Part shown: piece after piece, positions 10,906 through 19,107 of the stretch | How positions within the stretch are numbered: position 1 is the first letter of the stretch | Layout of the letters: every line of letters begins with the position of its first letter | Source: a virus | Strand: one strand, 5' to 3' | DNA: 64,000 nt | Virus record (IMG/VR): IMGVR_UViG_3300021437_000001 | Location: 32,001 to 96,000 of that record | The notes under the pieces: model-generated | Databases searched by the model: none | Seen by the model: only the letters and a program-made list of their open reading frames with translations | What the model was told of the DNA's origin: nothing | Translations under genes and position numbers: made by a program

Positions 10906-10934
10906 ACTGATCTGCCAAGTGTAGAAACAGTAAG

Positions 10935-10957
10935 AGGGCCGCAAAACGGCCCTTTCT
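10935..10957. terminator. Intrinsic terminator between convergent genes
   Basis: AGGGCCG-CAAAA-CGGCCCT hairpin followed by TTCT, between the tail operon and the helicase stop codon. Confidence 0.65.
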
Positions 10958-12392
10958 ATTTGTAGTCTTTATAAATCTCAGAGCGTTCTCCTGAGTGCTC
11001 TTCTAAATAGCCGCCATCTCGGTCAGTAAAATCGTAGATGACGGCTTTTTGTTTTTTAGGGGCTATGCGAAGTACCCTACCAATATTTTGAATAACTTGC
11101 GAACGAGCTTTACCACCACCAGCCATAATTAGAACTTCAGCACAAGGCAAGTCAACACCCTCCCCTATAACGCTAGTTCCTATTAAGCAGTCCAACGAAC
11201 CCTCTTTAAAATTCTTCATCATTTTAGCTCGAACATCATCTTTCTCTTCACCGTGAATAAACTCGGCCCAAGGAATCAAGGTTTTCAAAGCTTCTCCATG
11301 TTCTTTATACTGAACAAGGATAATCATCTTTTTTTTCTTTTCTTTTTTAGCAATATCGGCTATTACAGAATTACGTTCCTCATTTTCAACTATTCCTTCA
11401 CGATAAACTTTTTGATAGTTTGTTTCTTGAAGCTGCATAGGCATGTCAATAATTTCAAATGTAGGTTTAACCAAAAACCCATCAGCTATCGCCTGTTGTA
11501 CACTATACTCGTGTAGCACTTCACTCAAGACGCCTTCTAACGCTAAGTCAGCGCCGTCATTTCTAAAATTAGTAGCAGTCAATCCGATTCTAAAATACAC
11601 ATGTTTTAAATGCTTCAAGTTAACTTCTTGATAAGTAGTAGCAGCAGAATGGTGAAACTCATCAATAAAAACAGCTCCCACTTCTTTAAATACTTCAGGA
11701 TCTATTTTTATCAAAGCTTGAATATTGCAGATGCTTATTACTTTTTTAAGCTTGACTGTTTTAGTATTTAATACTTCTACAGAACCGCTGCCGAAATATC
11801 TAATCATGACTTCTTCCATCATGTCAGTGATACCTTTGTTAGGAGTAATAATTAAAGTTTTAACTCCAAGCTCCCATATCATTTTAGCCGCAGTCACAGT
11901 TTTACCTGTACCAGTAGGCAATACAACAATACCTCGTCCATCGGTTAAAAGCTTTTTAACGGCTGCTTTTTGATAATAACGAAAATCAGGAAATGGAAGT
12001 TTGTTCATTATCTTTGCAGAATTGCGTTTAGGCTCAATGCGCTTGTCTTCAACAGCCCATTCGATTTGTTGCTCACTCAACCAATCTAAAACTCGAGGCA
12101 ATATTCCAGAAGGAAATTCATTGTCGATAAGTAAAGTTATTTTTCTTTCTTTGTCAAGTTTTTCCGCTTCCTTTGAAAGAAATGCCCGCTGCCGTTTTAA
12201 AGCAACTTGATCCGAACCTAAATTAGTATTTTGCAATAATGTGTTGACACGGCGTAATTGTTTGATTATCTTTTGAAATGAGTATTCAGCCGCTTGATCA
12301 ACATAAGACATTTGGTTTTGAAGAGCAGCATAATCTGCACCTTTTAAACCTAATAGTTGACATGTGGAATTATTCAAAGTAATCTTGACCAT
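10956..12392 (-). CDS. Superfamily 2 DNA helicase (UvsW-like)
   Basis: Walker A PTGTGKT, DEFHH, GLTAT, EGVDLP, QNIGRVLR; likely start ATG 12392 (ORF track extends to 12407). Confidence 0.85.
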   Translation of the reverse strand: MVKITLNNSTCQLLGLKGADYAALQNQMSYVDQAAEYSFQKIIKQLRRVNTLLQNTNLGSDQVALKRQRAFLSKEAEKLDKERKITLLIDNEFPSGILPRVLDWLSEQQIEWAVEDKRIEPKRNSAKIMNKLPFPDFRYYQKAAVKKLLTDGRGIVVLPTGTGKTVTAAKMIWELGVKTLIITPNKGITDMMEEVMIRYFGSGSVEVLNTKTVKLKKVISICNIQALIKIDPEVFKEVGAVFIDEFHHSAATTYQEVNLKHLKHVYFRIGLTATNFRNDGADLALEGVLSEVLHEYSVQQAIADGFLVKPTFEIIDMPMQLQETNYQKVYREGIVENEERNSVIADIAKKEKKKKMIILVQYKEHGEALKTLIPWAEFIHGEEKDDVRAKMMKNFKEGSLDCLIGTSVIGEGVDLPCAEVLIMAGGGKARSQVIQNIGRVLRIAPKKQKAVIYDFTDRDGGYLEEHSGERSEIYKDYK

Positions 12393-12397
12393 GAGTA

Positions 12398-12426
12398 AGT
12401 ATCTCATTATGGAAGGAGAAAATCAA
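12398..12426 (-). promoter_or_regulatory. Putative sigma70-type promoter for the helicase
   Basis: Minus strand TTGATT-N17-GATACT; ATG 12392 starts 6 nt after the -10 box. Confidence 0.45.
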
Positions 12427-12653
12427 TGGAAAGTGACATCAAAGCTAAGGGGTTAGAGTTTTTGTACGGCCAGGTTTCTAAAGGCAATATTCCGCAAATC
12501 AAGAAAGGCATGCTTGAAGATTTGTTGGGTTTTGTAGAAGGTCTAAAGGCCGAAGAACAGGCTCGTCAAATGGCTAGAAGATTTGAACAGATTTCAAAAG
12601 AAGCTGGACAAGATTCTTCGGCAGAGGCGCTAGCAGAAAAACTAACTCGATAA
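12426..12653 (+). CDS. Hypothetical protein
   Basis: 75 aa, AAGGAG RBS; helical-looking, no GroES motif. Confidence 0.55.
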   Translation: MESDIKAKGLEFLYGQVSKGNIPQIKKGMLEDLLGFVEGLKAEEQARQMARRFEQISKEAGQDSSAEALAEKLTR

Positions 12654-12662
12654 GGAAGTCCT

Positions 12663-14312
12663 ATGAGTAAAATAATTCTTAATTCTCACGACACTAAGCA
12701 AAAAGCTTTAGAGACAATTACGGAAATGGCTGCTGCTGTAAAAGCTACACTAGGCCCAGGCGGAAATCCCATCATCCTCCAACGTCAAGGGCAGAATCCA
12801 GACGGTACTCCTATTGGCCCTCTTATAACTAAAGACGGCGTAACAGTTGCCGAATACATCGCTTTTAAAAGTAATGTAAAAGATACAATCGCAAAAGCCA
12901 TTCTTCAAGTTGCAAAAAATACAGTAAATCAAGCTGGTGACGGTACAACTACTGCGGTAGTGCTTGCAGAGGCAATTTACAAAGCGGGCTACCGACACAT
13001 AGAACAAGGCCAGAATTCAATTCAACTTTATGACGAATTGAACGCCATTAAAAATGAAATTATTGCTTCGATCAATAAAGTAAAGAAAGATATTTCCGAA
13101 GAAGAAATTATGGACGTGGCTTTAATTTCTGCCAATGGTGATGCAGAGATTGCCAGTATTGTTCAGCAAGCAATCTTAGCTGTTGGAGAAGATGGACACA
13201 TTGCCCTTGAAGAAGGAGCTTCTCGTGAAACAGAACTCACTCAAATTGAAGGCGCTGTCTATAAGCAAGGTTGGACTTCTTTTGGAGCTGCTGGTTCTCA
13301 TTTAGTTACCGATAAATCTCGAGACTTATGCGTCATGTCAAATCCAGCGATTCTTTTATATGCTGGAAATCTCGACAGTATTCACGATCTTGGTAAAGTT
13401 CTTCAAGGCTTGTATCAAGTTGAGAATGGTCAAGTTAACAACGTAGTTCCTGTTTTAATTATTGCTAACGAAATTTCAGATGACGTCAAAAATTTCATTC
13501 TTGAAAATAGAACCCACAGAGGCTATCCAATTGCCGCTATTAAATCTCCATTTGACGGCTCTCCAAATTCTCGTACTGAGATGTTAGAAGATCTAGCTTG
13601 TCTAGTGGGTGCCCAAGTAGCAGCTAAAGGTATCTTAGAACTTAAGAACGTAACTTCTGAACATTTTGGATCTTGTGACCGAGTTGAAATTTCTCGTAAT
13701 GAGATGACTATCTTTTCTGGTGCTGGCGACGAAGAGGATGTTTTACAACGTGTAACTGACATGAAAAAGTTACTCGCTAGTAAACTTCACGACTTCGATC
13801 AAGAGAATCTGCGTATCCGTATCGGTAAACTCACCGGAGGTATTGCTGTTATCCGTGTAGGCGGAAACTCTGAGCTAGAGATTCTAGAGAAAAAAGACCG
13901 TATTGAAGATGCCCTTTGCGCTGCAAGAGTAGCCATTCAAGATGGCGTCGTAGCTGGTGGAGGTTATACACTGTACCAAATTAGTCAGGAATTAACCTCT
14001 AATTCAACTGCCGCACAGATAATGAAGGAAGCTTTACAAGCGCCTATTAAACAGATTATTACAAACGTAGGCCAAGATGCCAATGTTGTACTAGCTTTGA
14101 TGCCTAAGAAGAAAGGTTATAACGCTAGAACCAAAGAATACGTTGATTTGCTAAAGGCCGGAATTATTGATCCAGCTAAGGTTACGAAGTCGGCATTAGA
14201 GAATGCGGTTAGCATAGCAGGGTTATTGTTAACTACAGGCGGTTCAATTGTAGTAGATGACACTCCCGCTAGCGGAATGCCAAACCCTTTACATGCGCTC
14301 TTTGGAGGCTAA
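12663..14312 (+). CDS. groEL: Phage-encoded chaperonin GroEL-like
   Basis: TLGP, ITKDGVTVA, AGDGTTTAVVLA, GGIAVIRVG, KKDRIEDA, GIIDPAKVTKSALENAVS. Confidence 0.93.
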   Translation: MSKIILNSHDTKQKALETITEMAAAVKATLGPGGNPIILQRQGQNPDGTPIGPLITKDGVTVAEYIAFKSNVKDTIAKAILQVAKNTVNQAGDGTTTAVVLAEAIYKAGYRHIEQGQNSIQLYDELNAIKNEIIASINKVKKDISEEEIMDVALISANGDAEIASIVQQAILAVGEDGHIALEEGASRETELTQIEGAVYKQGWTSFGAAGSHLVTDKSRDLCVMSNPAILLYAGNLDSIHDLGKVLQGLYQVENGQVNNVVPVLIIANEISDDVKNFILENRTHRGYPIAAIKSPFDGSPNSRTEMLEDLACLVGAQVAAKGILELKNVTSEHFGSCDRVEISRNEMTIFSGAGDEEDVLQRVTDMKKLLASKLHDFDQENLRIRIGKLTGGIAVIRVGGNSELEILEKKDRIEDALCAARVAIQDGVVAGGGYTLYQISQELTSNSTAAQIMKEALQAPIKQIITNVGQDANVVLALMPKKKGYNARTKEYVDLLKAGIIDPAKVTKSALENAVSIAGLLLTTGGSIVVDDTPASGMPNPLHALFGG

Positions 14313-15455
14313 GTGGCTAAAGAAAAGAAAAAGTGGAATCCTAACGCCGTATGGCTCAGTTACTCAGGGGCAAGCTCCTTTAAAGCCTGTCCTGAGAAGT
14401 TTTACTTGAGCAAAGAATGGCAAGCCAAGGGTAACTTTAGTTACTTTGTATTTGGTTCTGCCGTGGAGTGTGGTGTTACTTCTGCTTTGATTGATCGAGA
14501 CCGAGAGAAGATGTTGGCCGCTTTTGAAAAGAATTGGAAAGCAGAACACGCCGATGATCCTGAGAAGTCTAAACCAATATTTGATAATTGGACTATTGAG
14601 TATTCAGCAGGTGACGTGGATATTGATCTAGTTGAAGGCGAAGACATTCGTTTAGATCAATGGGTTACTGAGCTATTTAACGATGTAACTCAGACATGGA
14701 AGCCTAAGATCTTTGAGATTTTTGCAAAGATCAAAGAAAAGAAGAAACTTGACGAGAACGAAGATAAGTTTTACAAACGAGTTGCCTGGCTTTCCATGAA
14801 GAAAAAGGGTGAGTACATGCTCAATTCCTTTTTTGACACGAAGCTTAAAGACATTAAAGGTTTGGTAGAGCTTGACGGTAAACCAGCAGCACAATTGCGT
14901 ATTGATATTCCTTCGGAAGATGGAGACAATATCGTAGGTTATGTCGATTATATTGTGGAGTTAAATGACGGCACAGTTGTGATCTTAGATTGTAAAACTG
15001 CTGCTGCGGCTTATGACGATCATAAATTACTAACTTCGGAACAATTAAAAACGTATGCTGCGGCTTTGTCGTCTAAGTTTGACGAAGTTCCAGAGATAGG
15101 TTATCTTGTTTTAGTAAAGAAATTGAATACTGAAAAATCTTGTACAAGCTGTGGAGCTTTGCGAGAGAATTCGAAATTAAAAAATTGTGTATCTTGTGGC
15201 GAAGGTAAATACGAGTCGGCGTCATATTCAGCAGAAGTGCAAATGATGCACCGACCAATTGATGATGAAGAAATGGACGATCAGCTTGAAGACTATTCTC
15301 AAATAGCTGATGCGGTGAGAAACAAAATCAGATATAAAAATCCTGAGAATTGTTTTTCGTTTGGTCGAAGATGTGAGTTTTACGATCATTGCCATAAAGG
15401 TAAAAGTTTAGATAAATTAACAACAGTTGAACCAAAGAAAAAAGGAGGCCGCTAA
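14313..15455 (+). CDS. PD-(D/E)XK exonuclease (RecB/Cas4-like family)
   Basis: LSYSG...CP N-terminal motif, GYVD...LDCKT catalytic motif, QLxxY, C-terminal Cys cluster and an inserted CxxC-CxxC. Confidence 0.8.
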   Translation: MAKEKKKWNPNAVWLSYSGASSFKACPEKFYLSKEWQAKGNFSYFVFGSAVECGVTSALIDRDREKMLAAFEKNWKAEHADDPEKSKPIFDNWTIEYSAGDVDIDLVEGEDIRLDQWVTELFNDVTQTWKPKIFEIFAKIKEKKKLDENEDKFYKRVAWLSMKKKGEYMLNSFFDTKLKDIKGLVELDGKPAAQLRIDIPSEDGDNIVGYVDYIVELNDGTVVILDCKTAAAAYDDHKLLTSEQLKTYAAALSSKFDEVPEIGYLVLVKKLNTEKSCTSCGALRENSKLKNCVSCGEGKYESASYSAEVQMMHRPIDDEEMDDQLEDYSQIADAVRNKIRYKNPENCFSFGRRCEFYDHCHKGKSLDKLTTVEPKKKGGR

Positions 15456-15997
15456 TGGCTAAGGGAAGATTACCAGATGGTTATAGGGGCGTAGATTTAA
15501 TTATAAAAGAATTTCGAATCAAAAACCCCAAAGGTAAAGTGGAGACAACTCCGGTTTTAATGGGTGATGGTTATGTAATCATTACTGCAAAAATTACCAC
15601 TGACGATGGTGCAGTTGGTAGCGGTATGGCTGATGCCGACGTGCAAGAAGATAAATCAGTTGAGAAAGCTGAGTCTGGTGCAATTCGACGAGCTTTACTA
15701 ACTCTTGGATATGAATCCATTGCCGTTGACGAAGATCAAGAAGAATCTTCTAAACGTAAAGAAGAAGAACCAAAAGAAGAGAAAAAGTCTTTCAAACGTT
15801 CTGAACCAGCTAAGAAAGTTGAAGAATCTGACGACGAGCAGGATGAAGACGAAGAAAAAAAACCTAAATCTCGCTTTGGCAACAAAGGTTTGAAACGCCA
15901 AGCCGACGAGAAAGATTCTGAAAACGACGATGACGAAGAGTCTCAAGAAGAAGGTAAGTCTAAATTTACCAGAGGTTCTCGTTTTCAACGAGGTTAA
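15455..15997 (+). CDS. Putative single-strand annealing protein (Rad52/Sak-like) with charged disordered tail
   Basis: VEKAESGAIRRAL motif; directly follows the exonuclease, as in exo/SSAP pairs. Confidence 0.55.
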   Translation: MAKGRLPDGYRGVDLIIKEFRIKNPKGKVETTPVLMGDGYVIITAKITTDDGAVGSGMADADVQEDKSVEKAESGAIRRALLTLGYESIAVDEDQEESSKRKEEEPKEEKKSFKRSEPAKKVEESDDEQDEDEEKKPKSRFGNKGLKRQADEKDSENDDDEESQEEGKSKFTRGSRFQRG

Positions 15998-15999
15998 AA

Positions 16000-16278
16000 A
16001 TGGTAGACATCGTAATCTTGAAATATCCAAATCGTAAACTTTATGACCGAACTAACAGCGTATATGTTACAGGTTCTAAAATTCTCGAAATGATACGTTC
16101 AGGAAAAAAGATTCAGATTGTTGAAAGTAAATCGGGGAAAGTTATTACTGGTTTAATTTTGGCTCAAGCTTTGCTTGACGAAAGTGAAAATCAGTTTTAT
16201 AGTCAAGAGAGTGTGACCGTCTTGGAAAGAATAATTCGAGATGGAAACTTTGAAACATTTAGTAAAAAACTTCTATAG
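16000..16278 (+). CDS. PhaR-like (PHB accumulation regulator N-terminal) DNA-binding protein
   Basis: ILKYPNRKLYDRTNSVYVT...G..IT..IL matches the PhaR N-terminal signature. Confidence 0.8.
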   Translation: MVDIVILKYPNRKLYDRTNSVYVTGSKILEMIRSGKKIQIVESKSGKVITGLILAQALLDESENQFYSQESVTVLERIIRDGNFETFSKKLL

Positions 16279-16287
16279 GAGGAAGAT

Positions 16288-16881
16288 ATGGGATTTAAAA
16301 GAGAAAAACGTAATAGCGCAGCAAGGGAAGAACGAAGTGAAAAAAGCGAAAGATCGTCAACATCTCGAAGAGACCGTTCGGATCGTACTGAGCGTCGTAG
16401 CTCTCGCTCTAGCGGTGGCGATAAGCAGTACGCATTCACAAACATCGGATCTGTCAAGCAGGGAAGAAATCTGTCTGACAAAGACGCTGCCGAACTTAAA
16501 GGATGCGGAGAGTCCGTAAAAATTAAACTTTACATGCCAAATGTAGAGAAGCTAGTTCTTGCAAAAGATGCTGTTCTTGGGATTAACCTTGGCAAGCGTC
16601 AGTCAGATGAGAGCTATGTAATCGGACAAGCTGTACTTCCACTAGGCTCATTGACACCAACAAAAAAGACTGCCGATGATTTGGTTGATTTTCTTGGCGG
16701 TATGGGCGATGTAGCTGAGTATGACTTTGTTGCTCAAATTTATCTACCTAAAGGTATCGACACTGTGACACTCGAGCACGGTAAGATGATGCTTTTGACT
16801 TTTAAAACAGGCGAAAAAGCAGAAGAACTTGATTTCGTACTAGGAACTCTTTCTTTGGCAAACGACAACTCTGAGGAGTAA
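16288..16881 (+). CDS. Hypothetical protein, Arg/Ser-rich N-tail and duplicated beta domain (possible SSB)
   Basis: GGAGG RBS; apparent internal repeat (KLYMP...VIGQAVLP / QIYLP...VLGTLSLA); lies upstream of the primase-helicase. Confidence 0.45.
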   Translation: MGFKREKRNSAAREERSEKSERSSTSRRDRSDRTERRSSRSSGGDKQYAFTNIGSVKQGRNLSDKDAAELKGCGESVKIKLYMPNVEKLVLAKDAVLGINLGKRQSDESYVIGQAVLPLGSLTPTKKTADDLVDFLGGMGDVAEYDFVAQIYLPKGIDTVTLEHGKMMLLTFKTGEKAEELDFVLGTLSLANDNSEE

Positions 16882-16884
16882 ACA

Positions 16885-19107
16885 ATGCTCATTCGTGTTA
16901 CCCAGACCGTCCAAGATAAAGGACGGCTGGTAGCACCAGTAGAGCTTGACGCTATCGTTAGCCGCAACCGAGAGGTTGACTGGTACTACTCGCCTTTCTA
17001 TTACAGTGACGATGCTTTGGAGCATTTTAAAGATAAAGGAACCATATCTGGGTTCACTGGTGAGACTTGGACCGATACTTTGTATTGGGACTTGGACGCT
17101 GCTGACGATCTAGATAAAGTTCTAGGTGCCGCAGCACGTCTTGTTGCTAAGCTGGAAGAGTTCGGTCTCATAAAAGGGGTTGAAGTCTACTTCTCAGGCA
17201 ACAAAGGTGTTCATATACTTTTGCGAACTAAGAACAAGTTCTCTCCTACCGAGACTTCTCGCATCTGTTATAACCTAGCCGTTGAATCTGGCGCTGATTC
17301 TGTATTCGATACCGTCGTTTACAATCCTACCCGAATATTCCGAGTAGCTAATACTCGACATAAAAAGTCAGGTTTGTATAAAATTCAACTCAAACTCGAC
17401 GAACTTGGTGATGGAGATTTTAATGGCGATGCTGTTAGAAAATTAGCAGTTAAGCCTAGATTTGACGTCGAAGAGTCAGGCGCAAATGTAGAAGCTGACT
17501 TCTTGAAAGACAAGTATAAAGAGCGAGAGAAGACGACAGTAACGTCTTTTACTAAATTTGAAGGTGGCGGAACATCTGAGGATACCTCAAGTATTCAAGT
17601 ACCAGAAGGTATGCGCAGATCTAATTACCTTTTAGAATTGGGTCACTTTGGTAAAGGTGAACGCAACAGTGCTTTAATTAGAATTGCATCCTATGCCAAA
17701 TACAAAAAGGGCATGGATAAGGATCAAACTCGTCAATTGATCTACTTGGCCTTAGAGCGTAGAGCTAATTTAGGTTTAGGTGATAATAAGTGGGACGAAA
17801 AAGAAATTGAATCTACAGTATTAAATTTGGTCTTTTCAGATAAATGGCGTAAAGGTTATTTTTCGTGTGCGCCTGGAGCTGAAAAAGAAGATAAGTTTTT
17901 ACAGGACGCTTGCGACAAAGGTCCTGGATGTTGCATGTTGCAACCGAAAGCCCAAGTCGTAACTATGGGTATTGAAGCTCTAATTGAGCAATATAAAAAA
18001 TACGCAAAAGAGAGTCCTGAAGTTTATCCTAAGTTTGGAATTGGTTGGTTAGATAACTTAATCAGGCTACGTCCTAAGAACTATTCAATCATCAACGGTG
18101 CCAATGGTTCTGGGAAAACTTCTTTAGCGACTCAGTTAATTGATAATTTGAATAAGCAAAAGTTGTACCATGCCTTCTTTTCAGCAGATATGGCTGATTC
18201 GTCTCTATTTGAGAAATTAGGGGCTAAGTATACTCAATATGATCAATTTGAAATTGAACGAGCATTTCAAAATGTTGTAAAGAATACAGACCCAACTCAA
18301 CGAGACCATGACATCTTTGCTGAAGTCGTAAATAAGTTGAAGTCAGCTCTTCCTTATACAATTTTTGACTTTACTTCTTCATTAAAATCGGATCTAATTG
18401 AGAAGACGATTAGAGAAACTGAAGCAGCAATGCAGATAAAGTTTCACTTAGCGATCATAGATTATGCCGGTCGAATCTCTTCGGAGCATGAGTCAGCTTA
18501 TATGAATGCTACGCAGAACGCTTTAGATGCCAATACGATTGCTAAACGCTGCGATGTACACATGGTTTACATCTCTCAGATTTCTCGAGAGCAGGGAGAC
18601 CACATTAAACCGTTGAGAACTTCAAGGGTTTCTAAGGACTCTGGTGCATGGGAAGAGAATGCTACGGTTGTGCTGAATGTGTGGAGACCGTTAGGATTTG
18701 ATCCAGGTGTGGATAAGTACATTCACTTATTCCTTGGAAAAAACCGAGGCCCTGGTGTTTCTTCTGAGCATGTAATGTTTTGGGATGGTAAGGAAGGTTC
18801 TTTTAGGGAGTTGTCTGACGAGGAATTTGAACATTATAGACGTCTGTGCGATGAGTACAATGCGTCGCCAGATCGTCCAACGACTCATAAATTAATTGCC
18901 CCTCATAGAGAGGGCTTTGAATATAGAGACTCTGAAGACATAAAAGCTTCAAACTCTGCATTCGGAAGTAAACCAAAGAGAGAGCAAGACGATGAAAGTG
19001 ATGAGCAATATGAACGAAGAACAAGAGGCGAAAACTACTCCGAAGAAAGTAAGCAAAAAGGCTTACAAGCTTCTGAAAGACGCCGACAGTTTAGAACAGA
19101 TGCTTAA
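16885..19107 (+). CDS. AEP-type primase / SF4 helicase fusion
   Basis: WDLD, YFSGNKGVH and RIFR primase motifs; PriCT-like GERNSALIRIA; helicase GANGSGKT, IIDY, SQISRE, KDSG..EENA, KNR. Confidence 0.82.
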   Translation: MLIRVTQTVQDKGRLVAPVELDAIVSRNREVDWYYSPFYYSDDALEHFKDKGTISGFTGETWTDTLYWDLDAADDLDKVLGAAARLVAKLEEFGLIKGVEVYFSGNKGVHILLRTKNKFSPTETSRICYNLAVESGADSVFDTVVYNPTRIFRVANTRHKKSGLYKIQLKLDELGDGDFNGDAVRKLAVKPRFDVEESGANVEADFLKDKYKEREKTTVTSFTKFEGGGTSEDTSSIQVPEGMRRSNYLLELGHFGKGERNSALIRIASYAKYKKGMDKDQTRQLIYLALERRANLGLGDNKWDEKEIESTVLNLVFSDKWRKGYFSCAPGAEKEDKFLQDACDKGPGCCMLQPKAQVVTMGIEALIEQYKKYAKESPEVYPKFGIGWLDNLIRLRPKNYSIINGANGSGKTSLATQLIDNLNKQKLYHAFFSADMADSSLFEKLGAKYTQYDQFEIERAFQNVVKNTDPTQRDHDIFAEVVNKLKSALPYTIFDFTSSLKSDLIEKTIRETEAAMQIKFHLAIIDYAGRISSEHESAYMNATQNALDANTIAKRCDVHMVYISQISREQGDHIKPLRTSRVSKDSGAWEENATVVLNVWRPLGFDPGVDKYIHLFLGKNRGPGVSSEHVMFWDGKEGSFRELSDEEFEHYRRLCDEYNASPDRPTTHKLIAPHREGFEYRDSEDIKASNSAFGSKPKREQDDESDEQYERRTRGENYSEESKQKGLQASERRRQFRTDA

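Noticed and set aside
14313-15455. Cas4-like nuclease as part of a CRISPR system
   Set aside because: No array or other cas genes; its position beside an annealing protein fits a recombination exonuclease.
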